Shown in pieces: positions 13,864-26,545 of a stretch of DNA of 64,000 nt. Both the position numbers and the translations under genes were made by a program. Positions within the stretch are counted from its first letter, which is position 1; each line of letters opens with the position of its first letter. The stretch lies in the NCBI RefSeq assembly GCF_006345805.1, contig NC_043010.1, positions 60,016,001 to 60,080,000 of the forward strand. The letters are read 5' to 3'. The notes under the pieces were generated by a model, which ran no database searches, was not told the DNA's origin, and worked only from the letters and a program-made list of their open reading frames with translations. This stretch comes from Octopus sinensis (lineage: Eukaryota).

Positions 13864-13871
13864 CATCATCA
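13688..13871. repeat. Compound (TAT)n/(CAT)n trinucleotide microsatellite
   Basis: Directly visible; the source of the poly-I, poly-Y/H and poly-M ORFs. Confidence 0.95.
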
Positions 13872-14913
13872 GCAAGTTTAACAATAAATGACCAATGCTT
13901 ATGGACTGTTGATATGTCATGTCATAGGATCAATGGATATCAATGGATAGCTTATAAGATAGGCTGGAATTGGTGGTTACTACATCTTTTATGTTGCAAT
14001 ATCAATATAGAATGAGGAATTACTTAATGCAGAAGTAATTTCTGCCTCTCAGAAAAAAGACATTAACCTTCATGATGTAATTTTGGCCACGTGATGTACA
14101 TGAGAACAAGAACGATTCTTAGAAACTGTAAGGCCTGGCATTTATATGTAATTGAATGAAAGGCTTTTAGCTAAATAATATGCACAAGTATTTTACTAGG
14201 AGAAATGTAGTTCCTGGGTCTAAGTGCTGTTGAACAGAACAAAGTATTTCAGTTTGCACTGCAGTATGTTTATGTAGTGACTGTTGATGGAAGATGTGCT
14301 TGCTTGGTAGAATTTGGAGATGATTGTGGATATTTGGGCAGAGAAGGTGATTGTACTATTTCAAATGTAAACCACAAATGGAGAGATGGCTGATCCCTGA
14401 AGCAAACTCATGGTAGCTGGGGAGAACTCTCTCTCTCTCTCTCTCAGTTATAAAGCAAATTTACAAGCAGCTTTCATTCCAGTGTGATTTGTCTTTATTA
14501 AGACTTGCACAACATTTGAACAGTAAACATTCTTAATTACTCCTCAACATCGGTCAGTGATATTATTGTTCATGTTCCCCACTCTAATTAGATGAATGAA
14601 AGCAATTCCAGTAAAATGAACTGCAAGTCTTGGGATGAGTATCTGGACATTTCATAATCAAAGACTAGAGCAGTTCATTCATTTTGGTTTATTGCTTATA
14701 TGGTGCCACTTCACATCCTAAAGTGAGACAGGGTGGGGGAATGACAGTATGAAGACAGAAAATTTTAGAAAGGAAATAATTTTGTTTAAATCTTGAATTT
14801 AATACATCCAGGTTTATTAGAAAATGGTATATGGAAAAATTCAGTGTTGTTGAATATTATAGAAATAAATATGGTTAATTTGTCATCTTATGTTGATATT
14901 CTCTTATATAGAA

Positions 14914-16283
14914 ACTAGCAGACATACCCAGTGTTGCTTGGGATTTAAGTGGCATAGTTGTATATGTGATACAGTCAAGTTGAAACATGTGATATGGGGG
15001 GGAAAGGCAGCATTGGCAACAAGTCAGTTGTGGAGTAAATGAAGGTCCAATTCGACTAAGTGATATGTCATGTCCCTGTTTGAAAGATTCCAGGCCCTAA
15101 TCATCTCATGGAAAAATGGGAAAGGGGGGGGATGTGATTTTTGAAAGCACCAAAAAGCTGTCAGTGGGTATACTCTCCTTTGCACCTGTCAGCACTGCCA
15201 CTGCCACACCACACTGAACAATCAACAGACATAGAAACTATATATATATGTGATAAATTAAGCCTGTGGGTGTGCCCAGCAGCAGCACAAGAAAAACCGA
15301 CATGAAAGAAGTGACGCAGTAAGGGGAGTGGATTAGCAAGGAAGCACTTGAGAGCAACACTGTTGTGTGATATTTTGGTTTGAAATCAATAGTCGTGGCT
15401 AAACCATGCACTCCTTCACATAAACATTGCATGATCATTGTGAGGACAACTCAGTTCCAAAATGTAACCAATTCTGCAAGCAGCATTGGGTTACACAAGG
15501 TCACATTAAGGACACAGGCTCTAACAAACATGGTTTGGTCACGTGGTATTGGGTTGCTGACATGGTTGGGAATCAATAGTTGGCTCACCATGCACTGCTT
15601 CATGTAAACAGTGTGCAACCATTGTGAGGACAACTCAGCTCCCACATGAAAGCAATTCTGCATGCAGCATCTGGGCCTGCAAGGTCACATTAAGGACACA
15701 GTCTTGAACTAATGTGGTTGGGTCTTAGACACCATAAATTAATAAGTTAATGCACGTGCGATATTTCAGTTTGTAATTAATAGCTGAAGAATATTTGTAT
15801 GGGTTTCGTCTATGCTTAAAAGGAAGACTTTGGTACTGAAGCTAAAAGAAAATTGCTGAATAGTTGCTCAGGATTTGACATATTTCAGCATATTTTTGTA
15901 ATAAACATAGTGTGTTCCAAGTGGTTTTTATTCCAAAAAATTGCTACCTATGGTACTGTGGGAACAGGTATTATAGCTATCACCACTTAGACATTGCAGT
16001 TTGAAGTCTTCATTGGTTCACCCATTTAATACAACCTACGTATATCATTACAGTAGCTGGTTTTTCCAGTTCGAACAGAAACAATGTGTGGACCATGTGG
16101 GCAGTCGTACATACCCTTGGAAAGGGATTTTTCTACCCTTAAGGGCCCTATTACTCATTATGTGAAAAATTTTAAGAATCTAAAACTATCTCTGGAACAT
16201 AAGTAATGTATGTTCTCAGTTTGAAGAAAATCAGTTACGAACATCAGAAGTTCTGTGGGTTTACACACACACACATCCTCAGT

Positions 16284-16333
<50 letters not shown>

Positions 16334-16614
16334 CACAGTAGAGGTAGAGAAATTTAGATAAGTATGTCATAAGTATGTCCCTTGAACAAACGAAGCAACC
16401 AAGTTATGCAATCATTCGTATTGCTTATCCAGGAAGGGGGGTTTCCTGACCCCAGGGGACCCATTACTCATTATGTGTAAACTTTTAAGAGCCTAAAACC
16501 ATCTCTCGAACATAAGTAATGTATGTTCCCAGTTTGGAGAAAATCAGTTGGAAACTTCAGAAGTTCTGTGGGTTTAAACATACACACACACATCCTCAGT
16601 TTTATATATATAGA
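14914..16614 (+). mobile_element. Non-autonomous Helentron/DINE-1-like (HINE) element with internal and 3'-end duplications
   Basis: Starts ACTAGCAG...cccagtgttgcttggg (a short sub-terminal inverted repeat typical of DINE-1-like elements) and ends cacacacacatcctcagttttatatatataga. It has an internal ~185-bp direct repeat (15381-15565 vs 15568-15730) and a duplicated terminal segment (16135-16285 vs 16450-16600). Confidence 0.55.
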
Positions 16615-17410
16615 CATCCAAAGAGATAGAGTTCAAATTAATAGGTGTATTAAGGGTTCTAACAAAAGATAGCTATAGTTTCACAGCCAAGTTGCCAGCT
16701 TTCACTTCAGCAGACAATATTACAGGACAAATGTGTGCTTTCAAAATTAGTAAAAGTTATTAAATATTCCTAAATATATTAAAGTTAAAATATAAAATAG
16801 AATACTATGGAATGTTTAGAGTGAAACTGGATTTTCGACAGATAAATGGCATCTATCCATACCAGCAATGCCTTCCACCACAGCAAATAAATGTGAAATA
16901 AAAACACTAAGTGTATAATAATGTTCTTTTATGGAAACAATATCATAATTTGTAATTATAATACTAGCTATAAAAATGATATCTGAAATTATAATGTAAA
17001 CAATATCCATAGCATTAAGTAAAAATTACCCTTGCTACAAACTGTGCAATTCCCCAGTCGCTATAATTTAACATATGTGTTCTGTTAATTTAGGCAGATT
17101 TTCAGTTTAATGGCTGTTAGCTGTGAAAACATAATTTCCCAAGAGAGTATAGTCCAGCAATATTTTGTGATTCACAACCACATTTTAAATTATTCTTTTA
17201 AGATCTGCTTGATTATGTTAAAACTGTCAAGCTTGACATGATTTAGGATGCTACAGTTTTAGATGTGATATACATTTATAGAGTAAATGGCAGAGAAAAT
17301 GATTACATGAAGTCAGAAATCACAGGAAACTAATATATTTTTGATCATCGTATATGTTTGTGCGTATGTGTATATACATAAGCTCACTTACATCCACATA
17401 CATAATATCT

Positions 17411-17833
17411 ATACTCTTACTCTCTTTACTCTTTTACTTGTTTCAGTCATTTGACTGCGGCCATGCTGGAGCACTGCCTTTAGTCGAGCAAATCGACCCC
17501 GGGACTTATTCTTTGTAAGCCCAGTACTTATTCTATCGGTCTCTTTTGCCGAACCGCTAAGTGACGGGGACGTAAACACACCAGCATCGGTTGTCAAGCA
17601 ATGCTAGGGGGGACAAACACAGACACACAAACACACACACTCACATATATATATATATACATATATACGACAGGCTTCTTTCAGTTTCTGTCTACCAAAT
17701 CCACTCACAAAGCATTGGTCGGCCCGGGGCTATAGCAGAAGACACTTGCCCAAGATGCCACGCAGTGGGACTGAACCCGGAACCATGTGGTTGGTTAGCA
17801 AGCTACTTATCACACAGCCACTCCTGCGCCTAT
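17411..17833 (-). mobile_element. tRNA-derived SINE, family A (full length, young)
   Basis: Near-identical to 7247-7645 including CpG sites; head, central microsatellite and tail are all present. Confidence 0.9.
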
Positions 17834-17984
17834 GTATATTATCATCATCATTTGAGTTATTGCTTTTGCTATGCTGGTATGGGTTGAATGAGACTTCTTG
17901 TGACAGGATTTTAAGTTGGATACCAACTTACTGCCAACTCTTACTTGTTTTCAAGTAAGATATTTCATTCAATCCCTACTTGCT

Positions 17985-18185
17985 TTAAGGCAGCAAGCTG
18001 ACAGATTTGTTAGAATGCCAGACAGAATGCTTTAAAGCATTACATTCTGAGTTCAAATTCTGCCAATGTTGACTTTACCTTTCATCCTTTCTGGGGCAAT
18101 AAAATAAGTACCAGAGGAACACTGGATTGATGTAATTGACTTACCCCACTCCCCCAAAATGCCTTGTGCCAAATTTTGAAACTGA
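17985..18185 (+). mobile_element. tRNA-derived SINE, family B (diverged)
   Basis: aaggcagcaagctgacaga...gagttcaaattc...cctttcatcc...aaaataagtaccag matches 24296-24527. Confidence 0.75.
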
Positions 18186-18299
18186 TATCTACATACTTTA
18201 AATTGCTGACTGCCTAAACATCTTCTTTATGTGGGATACAAACAACACTTGCACAGCCAAAACAATGTCAATACAAAGTCATGATGCGTGTGTGTGTGT

Positions 18300-18337
<38 letters not shown>

Positions 18338-18338
<1 letters not shown>

Positions 18339-19455
18339 TAGCTGAATAGGCAATTTTTACAATAGAATGTTTTATATAAATTTTTGTTTATTCCATGTTA
18401 GACCATGCCTTCCCCAACAGATAGACCTCTTGATAAGGACAGATTTGTGCAATTTTTCGCCCAAAAAGCTTCATTGAGGATTTTTTTTCCTTTTTAAATT
18501 ATCTACATGTCTTTTTTGCCATTTCACAAGACTTTATTCATTAAAATTTTAAAAGTTCTTACAACTCTGGTTGTTGTAATGCTTTGCATTTGCCTGTTTA
18601 ATAGAAATTCCTCCACCTAATGTCTTTGCTTTCATTTGGTGATAGCTATCATGCAGGAAATACCAGCTATCATACAGCTATTCTGTAAAAAATAGCCAAC
18701 TTCCAAATCCTAGTTTCTGATTAGGTAAAACTGATTACACTTTAAACCCCAGTAACATTTTTCTACAATTTTTCTGGAACAAATAAATTTTAAAAAATCA
18801 GATTTAATGTGGAAAATTATTTCAATATACCAAATTTAAAAATTTTTGAATCTCACAATATGTGATAGCAACAGGGAAGACCCTACAAAAGTGGAGAGTC
18901 ATAGGTTGTGATGCACACACACATTTACAAACGTACACACGGGTAATCACAGGTTTAAAATGTTGTATAGTAGACATATGTATGTATTTATGTATGTATA
19001 TATGTGTGTGTGTGTGTCTGACTGTTTCTTTGCAGTGGACATCAGAAAAGCCACCTCACACCCACCTTTCTGTCTGTGTGTGTTGTATCTATGTATTTAT
19101 GAAAGTATGTATTCAGTGTCACATGTATATGACAACTGTATTAATGTTACTATCCCATTGCCACTCAATATTTGTTGCTTACATAATGCTATTCTTGCTG
19201 TCCCTGATATGTCACCCTCACTCTACTACTGTGTTTCACTCTGACTTTTTGTACCCTTCTCATTTTATCATATAATTTGCCCAACCCTACTGGGGGTACA
19301 TTATAGATTTTTATTGAAATCCAATTAGTATATCATTGAACTGGATGTTAGTGTAACATGTATGCAAAGTTTCATGAATATTGGTTTGCTGATTTAAGCA
19401 GTATGGTGGTAACAGACTGACAAAATTTGCTATACATATATAATATATATATAGA
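18338..19455 (+). mobile_element. Second DINE-1/HINE-like element (degraded)
   Basis: Starts ACTAGCTG, contains an internal GT/AT microsatellite, and ends atgtatgcaaagtttcatgaatattggt...aacagactgacaaaattt...tatatatatag, the usual DINE-like 3' layout. Confidence 0.35.
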
Positions 19456-20706
19456 AACCAAAGTTATTTTATTTTCCATGAGTAGAAATATAGAGAAAAG
19501 AAGTTGAAAATGCATTGAGATTTAGATTTTTTATTTAAAAAATTTTTTAATATTTAATCAGTTTCACAGATTTCTCTGATTTTTGAAAATTGAAATAGAA
19601 AGATGTGGAGCTAAGCTGAAACTGCCTTGCTTCTGAATGGAATTCGAAAATTGTTTTGTTTTTGTAGAGAACATGGCTCAAATTAGTATCTGTTTTGGAT
19701 ACATTTCTCTACAAAAACAAGACAATTTTTGAATTCCAATCAGAAGCAAAGTGGTTGCAGCCTAGCTCTATGCCCTTCTATCTCTTTCTATGCCTTACAC
19801 AGCTGCTGCAGTTGTGTGGACAAAGTAGTCAGAAGAAATATAGGCAGGAGAATAACTACCTTTACTCTTTATTCTTCTATTTGATTTTCCCTCTAATATA
19901 ATATAATATAATATAACATAATATATAATATAACATAATATATAATGATATATATATATATCATTAAGAGAAATAACCTCTATTAAGCAATTCAATAGTG
20001 AAAGACATTATCTGTGTTATATAGAAAAAATTTAAACATACTATATTATCAACAAAAAAAAAAATTACATAAACAATATATATATGTGTGTATGCAGACA
20101 CATGTTTTTGCGTATGTATAGTGTACATAGGTACTGACAAGAAGTTAAAAACAACACTCAGTGCCCAGGAAAAAGTGTTATTCATGGCTATGATAAGTTG
20201 GCACCTTATATCTAGTTCTTTGAATTTTACATTCCTAATCATTGGATGGGATGCAAAGTGCAGTATAGGTGATCTGTTGTTCAGAATATATAGGCAACCA
20301 GATGGAAAATCTGAATGGAGACAGTAGATATCCAATGGAAAAGGAAAGAGAAGAAAAGAAAAAAATGGAAAAGAGAGAAAAATCATGCATTTTCTTGCAG
20401 TCATTGAGGAGAGGATGGAAGTTATTAATACTTATGTGCTGGTTGACCTTTGCAATCAAACTGAAAGTTGATAAATTGTAAGGTTGCAAATTCTATGGTC
20501 AAGAGCTTGTATTGGCTCGTGATACACATTTCAGTAAAGTTTCAAAATGATTAATAAGATTGGTGGATCACTTTAACTCCAAAATACAAAGATATACTGC
20601 AGAGTTTATCTATGAGAAATACATAGACTAAGTGCTAGATAATGAATCAAGATTTAATTAATTATATGACTATATATATTTATATATATATGTGAGAGTT
20701 ATAGAT

Positions 20707-20885
20707 TTGTAGCTGTGTGTAATACATAGGTGCAGGTACGGATGTGTGGTAAGAAGTTTGCTGCCCAACTGCATGGTTCCAGGTTCAGTCCCTTTGTGTG
20801 GCACTTTGAACAAGTGTCTGCTACTATAATGCCACTTGTATGTGGATGTAGTTGAAGGAAACTTAAATAGACCCATCATATATAC
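20707..20885 (+). mobile_element. SINE family A, 5' half (diverged)
   Basis: ataggtgcagg...tgtgtggtaagaagtttgct...ggttcagtccc head matches the reverse complement of 17690-17833. Confidence 0.75.
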
Positions 20886-20994
20886 TATATGTATGTATGT
20901 ACGTATGTACACCCTTGTATTATGTAGTGGTTGGAATGGTGGACACAAATTTACAACTTATTATATAATGTTTCTATACAGTATGGAAAACAAA

Positions 20995-21450
20995 CTCCAT
21001 GATTGATGATGATGACGATGATGATGGTGATAGTGGTGGTGGTAGTGATGCTATTATTGGTAGGAGGGTGGTTGGGATAATGATAAAGGAGAAGATGGTG
21101 GTGAGTGTGAGGATGAAGATGATAAGAGCGTATTTGTTGATACTGGAGATGATAATGGTAGTGGCAAAATCATCACTTGTGTGAATGGAACACTTATAAT
21201 ATGGTCACAGTTGTGATGATAGTTATTAGTTTGAGATGATGCTGATAGTTGTGATGATTGTTGCATTGTAGCGGTGGTATAAGGTAGTGGTGATATTGGT
21301 GATGAAAGTGGAAGTGTAGGAGATGATGTTAAGTTATAATGGTGTTAGTGTTTTGGTAGAATGGTGTTGGTGGTGTTATAGGTGATAACGATAGTGGTGA
21401 TGGGGATGGTGTTGATGGTGCTAGATGTGGGGGTGATAGTGGAGATGGAG
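20995..21450. repeat. (GAT/GGT)-rich low-complexity tract
   Basis: Directly visible degenerate trinucleotide repeats. Confidence 0.85.
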
Positions 21451-22169
21451 ACCTCGTGCAAAATTAACTCTTCAAAAAGACTTCATTAGTTAATCAATTG
21501 TTCCATTGTTTATTGTATCTTAATGTCCATAAAGTGTAGAACGCTTAGAATGAATGTTGTAAAGTAGGTTAAAATGTTCACTGATAACTCTAGATTGTAG
21601 ACTACTTCAGTTATTGGTTTCCAATATTAAAGAAAATAGGTTCAAATCTCTGATAGCAGCTCAGGCTTTGAAAAAAATCAATGTTTTCTGCTACTAGCTT
21701 TAAATACTGTGACCCCTGCCAATAAGTTAGTAACTCTACATTTAAGTTAATAACTTTGCTTTTAAATTCTCAATATCATAAAATATGTGTTTTATATCTC
21801 TGAAATATGATCAAAAATAAAGAACATTATTTAGAGGTTGGATGTGGAAGTTGAAAGATAGAATTTCTTATTTGCTTTATCAATAACTTAGTGTTTATTA
21901 TTTTGATAATGTTTTATGGTTTTGAGGTTAACAATGTTTTATCGACTTGTTGATCAAGCTAATGTTTGACTGGTATTAAAGTTGAAGGTTAGAGAGAATA
22001 TAATTGCAAATAATAGAGAGAATATAACAAAATATACAAGAGACATGAGGCTAAAGGAACTCCCCTAATGATCTGAGATAATGTGGCTTTGATTTCAAAA
22101 TGTAGCCATTCCACTTGGCATGAGCGTCACAATTTCAGATCCATTCTCTTATAACTTTGTACCTATTTA

Positions 22170-22315
22170 ACAGATTTAAATATCTTTTCAACACACTGGT
22201 TCTGTCTGTCCTCCTCTACAATGCTGAAACCTCAACCATCCTCAAAAAAGACCTGAACAAGCCTGAGGTATTCTAAATGCAGTGTTTTTGTCAGATCCTT
22301 GCTGTCTCTCTAGAC
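22170..22315 (+). mobile_element. Short RTE LINE ORF relic
   Basis: Translates SVLLYNAETSTILKKDLNKPEVF*MQCFCQIL, matching the RTE C-terminal pattern SVLLYGxETW...F...CLRxIL. Interrupted by the hAT MITE. Confidence 0.5.
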
Positions 22316-22486
22316 CAGTAGTTTTCAACAAGGGTTCTACGGAACCTTAGGGTTCCGCCAGTACTGTCCAGGGGTTCCGCAAGAAGTTACAAAACTGCTA
22401 AAATCGGCAGTAATTTTTAATTCACCTGTGCAGATATGTGTGCATAAGACTATTAAATTATTGCACAGGGGTTCCTCGAGCCAGTG
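22316..22486 (+). mobile_element. hAT (Charlie-type) MITE with 8-bp target-site duplication CTCTAGAC
   Basis: ctctagac at 22308-22315 and 22487-22494 flank an element beginning CAGTAGTTTTCAAC with gggttccgc repeats. NTCTAGAN is the known Charlie-type target. The right TIR is largely deleted. Confidence 0.8.
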
Positions 22487-23135
22487 CTCTAGACAACCAA
22501 ATCTCGTCTATTCTCTTTGGTCATATTTCCTCTTCTAACCTGTTTCCTCATTCTGGCTTCTGCAGAATATTCTTGCTTCTTGCTTTCTTTCTTGATTAAT
22601 AATTCTCAGCCTTCCCCTCTTGGCTTCAGCATTATCATTCATCGTACACCTAGCTTTGTTTCTTGCACTTCATTTCTTCCCATCTCAGTCAATGTTTCTC
22701 CTCTCTGTATTCCTAATTCCTATGTCTTTCCACTGCCCTTTCCTCAATCCTTCCCTGGAAATTGTCAACCTGTCTTGATTCAGTTCCCACTATTGTGCTC
22801 CATGTTGTAACACACCAAACTCCATCACAGCAATAAAATAGTTAAAGGCACATTTGATATTATATAGGTGGTAACACCTATATCAAGGATATATTGCTAC
22901 CTAACCACACTGCAATGGGCTGGACAGTTTGAGTGGATCTGATGGATCTAAGGACTGCATCATCCTCCAATATCTTCTTTGGTATGTTCTCTACAGATGA
23001 TATACCTTTCCTAGTGCAAACCAGCTTACAGAGTGAGTGGTGTTTTCATGGAACCAGCACTAGTGAGGTCTTCATGCAGCTTACAAGACTAAGATTTCTT
23101 TGAGGGAGAGTTTTATACTAGAAGAGATGTTTATG

Positions 23136-23172
<37 letters not shown>

Positions 23173-23175
<3 letters not shown>

Positions 23176-23370
23176 TCTTTTATTTGTTTCAGTCAGCTTG
23201 ACTGTGGTCATGCTGAAGCACTGCCTTTTAGTCGAAGAAATCGACACCATAAGCCTGATACTTATTCTATCAGTCCCTTTTGCCAAACCAATAAGTTGTG
23301 GAGACGTAAACACACCAAATTTGGTTGTCAAGTGATGGTGGGGGACAAACACAGACACACAAATATATAC

Positions 23371-23426
<56 letters not shown>

Positions 23427-23567
23427 GACAGGCTTCTTTCAGTTTGCATCTACCAAATCCACTCACAAGGCTCTGGTTAGCCTGAGGCTATAGCAGAAGA
23501 CATTTGCCCAAGGTGTCATGCAGTGGGACCGAACACCAAATCATCTTACCACACAACCATGCTCGCA

Positions 23568-23570
<3 letters not shown>
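23173..23570 (-). mobile_element. SINE family A (diverged) with expanded central (TA)n
   Basis: Colinear with 17411-17833; flanked by (TA)n runs. Confidence 0.85.
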
Positions 23571-23647
<77 letters not shown>

Positions 23648-23662
23648 CACTTACAGACACAT

Positions 23663-23702
<40 letters not shown>

Positions 23703-24295
23703 AATATTTTCCAATATATATATATATATATGTATAATCAGTCACCCTTAAACAAAACTATAACATCTTCAAGTCATAATTCTTTCTGTGCAAAAGAGTA
23801 TCAGCTGGTTGCAAGCCCTCCCTGAACACTTTTTATTTCAGAGACTATCTCCACCTCAATGGATAGTCTTCTGTACAACTGGTGTGCACCATCTACCCGT
23901 GACTGTATTGAATTACTGTTGACTCACCTGAGTTCCTCCACCCTTTGATGGGTTTTGTTTTTCAGCCTGAAGGATATCTAGAAATCCTCCTCCTCCTCAC
24001 GAAGCAAGCTTGGTGGGGTTTCTGGTTTGGTTGCTGACGATCTGACTGTGCAACAGGTTGTGCTGGGTTATATGTTACCAGAAGTATGAGAGTAATCGGA
24101 CATACATACATACATATGTATGCATGTAAATATGTATGTATGTATAAATATCTATCTGTCTGTTTGTTATTTTTATGTAGGCTCATGTATCATAAACCCA
24201 CAAAATACATGTTCAGTATGTATATGGTAACCTATTAAGAATAAATTTACAAAATTAATCCTCGCAAGAAGCTGGTTGTATTTTAGAGGGATTTG

Positions 24296-24527
24296 AAGGC
24301 GGTGAGCTGGCAGAAACTTTAGCACACCGGGCGAAATGCTTTGTGTTACTTCGTCCACTGCTACATTCTGAGTTCAAATTCCGTCGAGGTTGGCTTTGCC
24401 TTTCATCCTTTCAGGGTCGATTAAATAAGTGCCAGTTACGCACTGGGGTCGATATAATCGACTTAATCCGTTTGTCTGTCCTTGTTTGTCCTCTCTGTGT
24501 TTAGCCCCTTGTGGGTAGTAAAGAAAT
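24296..24527 (+). mobile_element. tRNA-derived SINE, family B (young) with 16-bp target-site duplication
   Basis: Head ggtgagctggcagaa...GAGTTCAAATTCC (B box) and core GCCTTTCATCCTTTCAGGGTCGATTAAATAAGTGCCAG. tgtattttagagggat occurs at both 24277-24292 and 24529-24544. Confidence 0.9.
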
Positions 24528-25164
24528 ATGTATTTTAGAGGGATATGGTCACAATAAAGACATAGCACTCAGCAGATATGAAATCTATCTTCATTGCCAC
24601 ATTACAATATCCCCACTAAAATAAATATGCAAATAATATGAAATGAAAACAGACCACAGAAATCTACTCATATATAAGAAAAATAATTAGAAAACAAAAC
24701 AACACAAAAGAAACCAATAAAAACAACACCAACAAGAAAATAGCCATAAATAATGAATTGTCCATCGAAGGAAAATCAATATATCTGTTTGTTCTGTTGC
24801 TCATGAGACACATATCAGCTGGAGGTGGGGTGGGGTGGTGGCGGATTTTATGATATAAAACTGTCAAAAACATAAAGTATCCACCTTGATCACATTTCAC
24901 TGCCATTGATATTATCTTGCAGTTGAGACATAAAATGGAAGAAATATAAAAATCTTGAATCACACAATAAATAACTACAGTATTGTTAATAGGGCCAGAG
25001 TAGCGAATATCAGACAAGCACTTTACAATAGAAGGCTATCAGAAAAATAAATGAAAGCAATATGTTTCCTTTCCAATGCTGGACACAAAAACTAATTAAG
25101 TCAGACGAATCACTTGCTCTTTGAGTCAGAACAAAGCAATTTGCTTCAACATTATTATTATTAT

Positions 25165-26545
25165 CATTTGGAAGGCAGTGAGCTAACAGAATTGTTAGCA
25201 CATCAGGCAAAGTGCTTGGCAGCATTTCATCTGTCTTCATGTTCTGAGTCCAAATTCCGCTGAGGTCCACTTTGCCTTTCATTCTTTCGAGCTCAATAAA
25301 TAAAGTACCAGTCAAGTACTGGGGTTGAGCTGATTGACTCGACCCCTCTCCCCCAAAATTCCAAGCCTTGTGCCTGTATTACAAAAGATTATTATTATTA
25401 TTATTTGGCAGAATTATTGGAACATTGAATAAAATAACTAGTAGAATTTTGTTACAAATCTTTACATTCTGAGTTCAAATTTCAATGACATCGACTTTAC
25501 CTTTCGTCCTTTCGGGGTTGATAAATTAAATAACAATAAAACACTAAGGTTGATGTAATCAACTAGTCTCCTTCCCTAAAATTTCAGGACTCGTGCCTTT
25601 AGTAGAAAGGATTATCAATATTGTTTACTTCTCAGAGCTCTCAATCTTACTTGCTCTGGTTAATTTTGTGTGAGTAGACAGCATTCTGTTGTTAAAGGCC
25701 TCACAGGGTCTCTGTCTATGAACTGATACTAAGACTTGATACTTAAGGGTTAAGTATTGTGAAAGATACTTCAACACCCAGGCACCAATCTCAAAATTCT
25801 AACTGTCCCCAATAGAGCAGTTTTTAGAGCATGCTCTATCCTCATATGAATTTCAAATTATTATTATCATCATTATTATTATTGTTGAGGTGGTAAGCTT
25901 GTAGAATCATTAGCATGCCGGGCAAAATGCTTAGCGGTATGTCATCTATCTTTACATTTTGAGTTCAATTTCCACCAGGGTCGACTTTGCCTTTCCTCCT
26001 TACAGGGTCAATAAAAATAGGTACCAGGTGAGCAATGGGGTCGATGTAACTGACTTGCATCCTCCTAGAAACTGCTGGCCTTGTGCCAAAATCTGAAACC
26101 ATTATTATTATCATTTCTATTAAAGCAGCAAGCTGGCAGAATCCATTGCCTGCCAGACAAAATGCTAAGCAGTATTTTGCTGTCTTCAAATTCTGCCGAG
26201 GTTGAGTTTGTCTCTCATCCTTTCAGGATCAATGAAATAAGAGCTGGTTTAGCACCGGGGGTCAACGTAATTAACAAGCCCCGTCCCCACAAATTTCAGG
26301 TCGTGTACTTATAATAGAAAGGAGTATTATTGTTAAGTCGGTGAGATGGAAGATCTTTTGGCACACCAGATACAATGCTTTGTAGTATTTCTGCTGGCAT
26401 TATGTTTAAATTCTGTGGGGGTTGACTTAGCCTTTCATCTTTTTGAGATCAATAAAATAAGTATCACTCAAGCACTGGGGTCAATGTAATCATCTTTTCT
26501 TTTCACTCAAGATTTCAGGTTATATGCTTATAGTAGAGAGAATTA
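25165..26545 (+). mobile_element. Cluster of five same-orientation diverged SINE-B copies
   Basis: Copies at about 25165-25400, 25405-25620, 25886-26110, 26122-26330 and 26335-26545, mostly separated by (TTA)n; each has the ttgcctttc(a)tcc...aataaa.ta.gtaccag core. Confidence 0.75.

Noticed and set aside
14211-14417. Cys-containing open frame (DGRCACLVEFGDDCGYLG), vaguely EGF-like
   Set aside because: The cysteine spacing does not fit an EGF domain and the donor is weak.
23929-23967. Minus-strand 39-bp micro-exon candidate (AEKQNPSKGGGTQ) before GTGAGT
   Set aside because: Modest acceptor, no partner exons and no recognisable homology; such sites are expected by chance in 64 kb.
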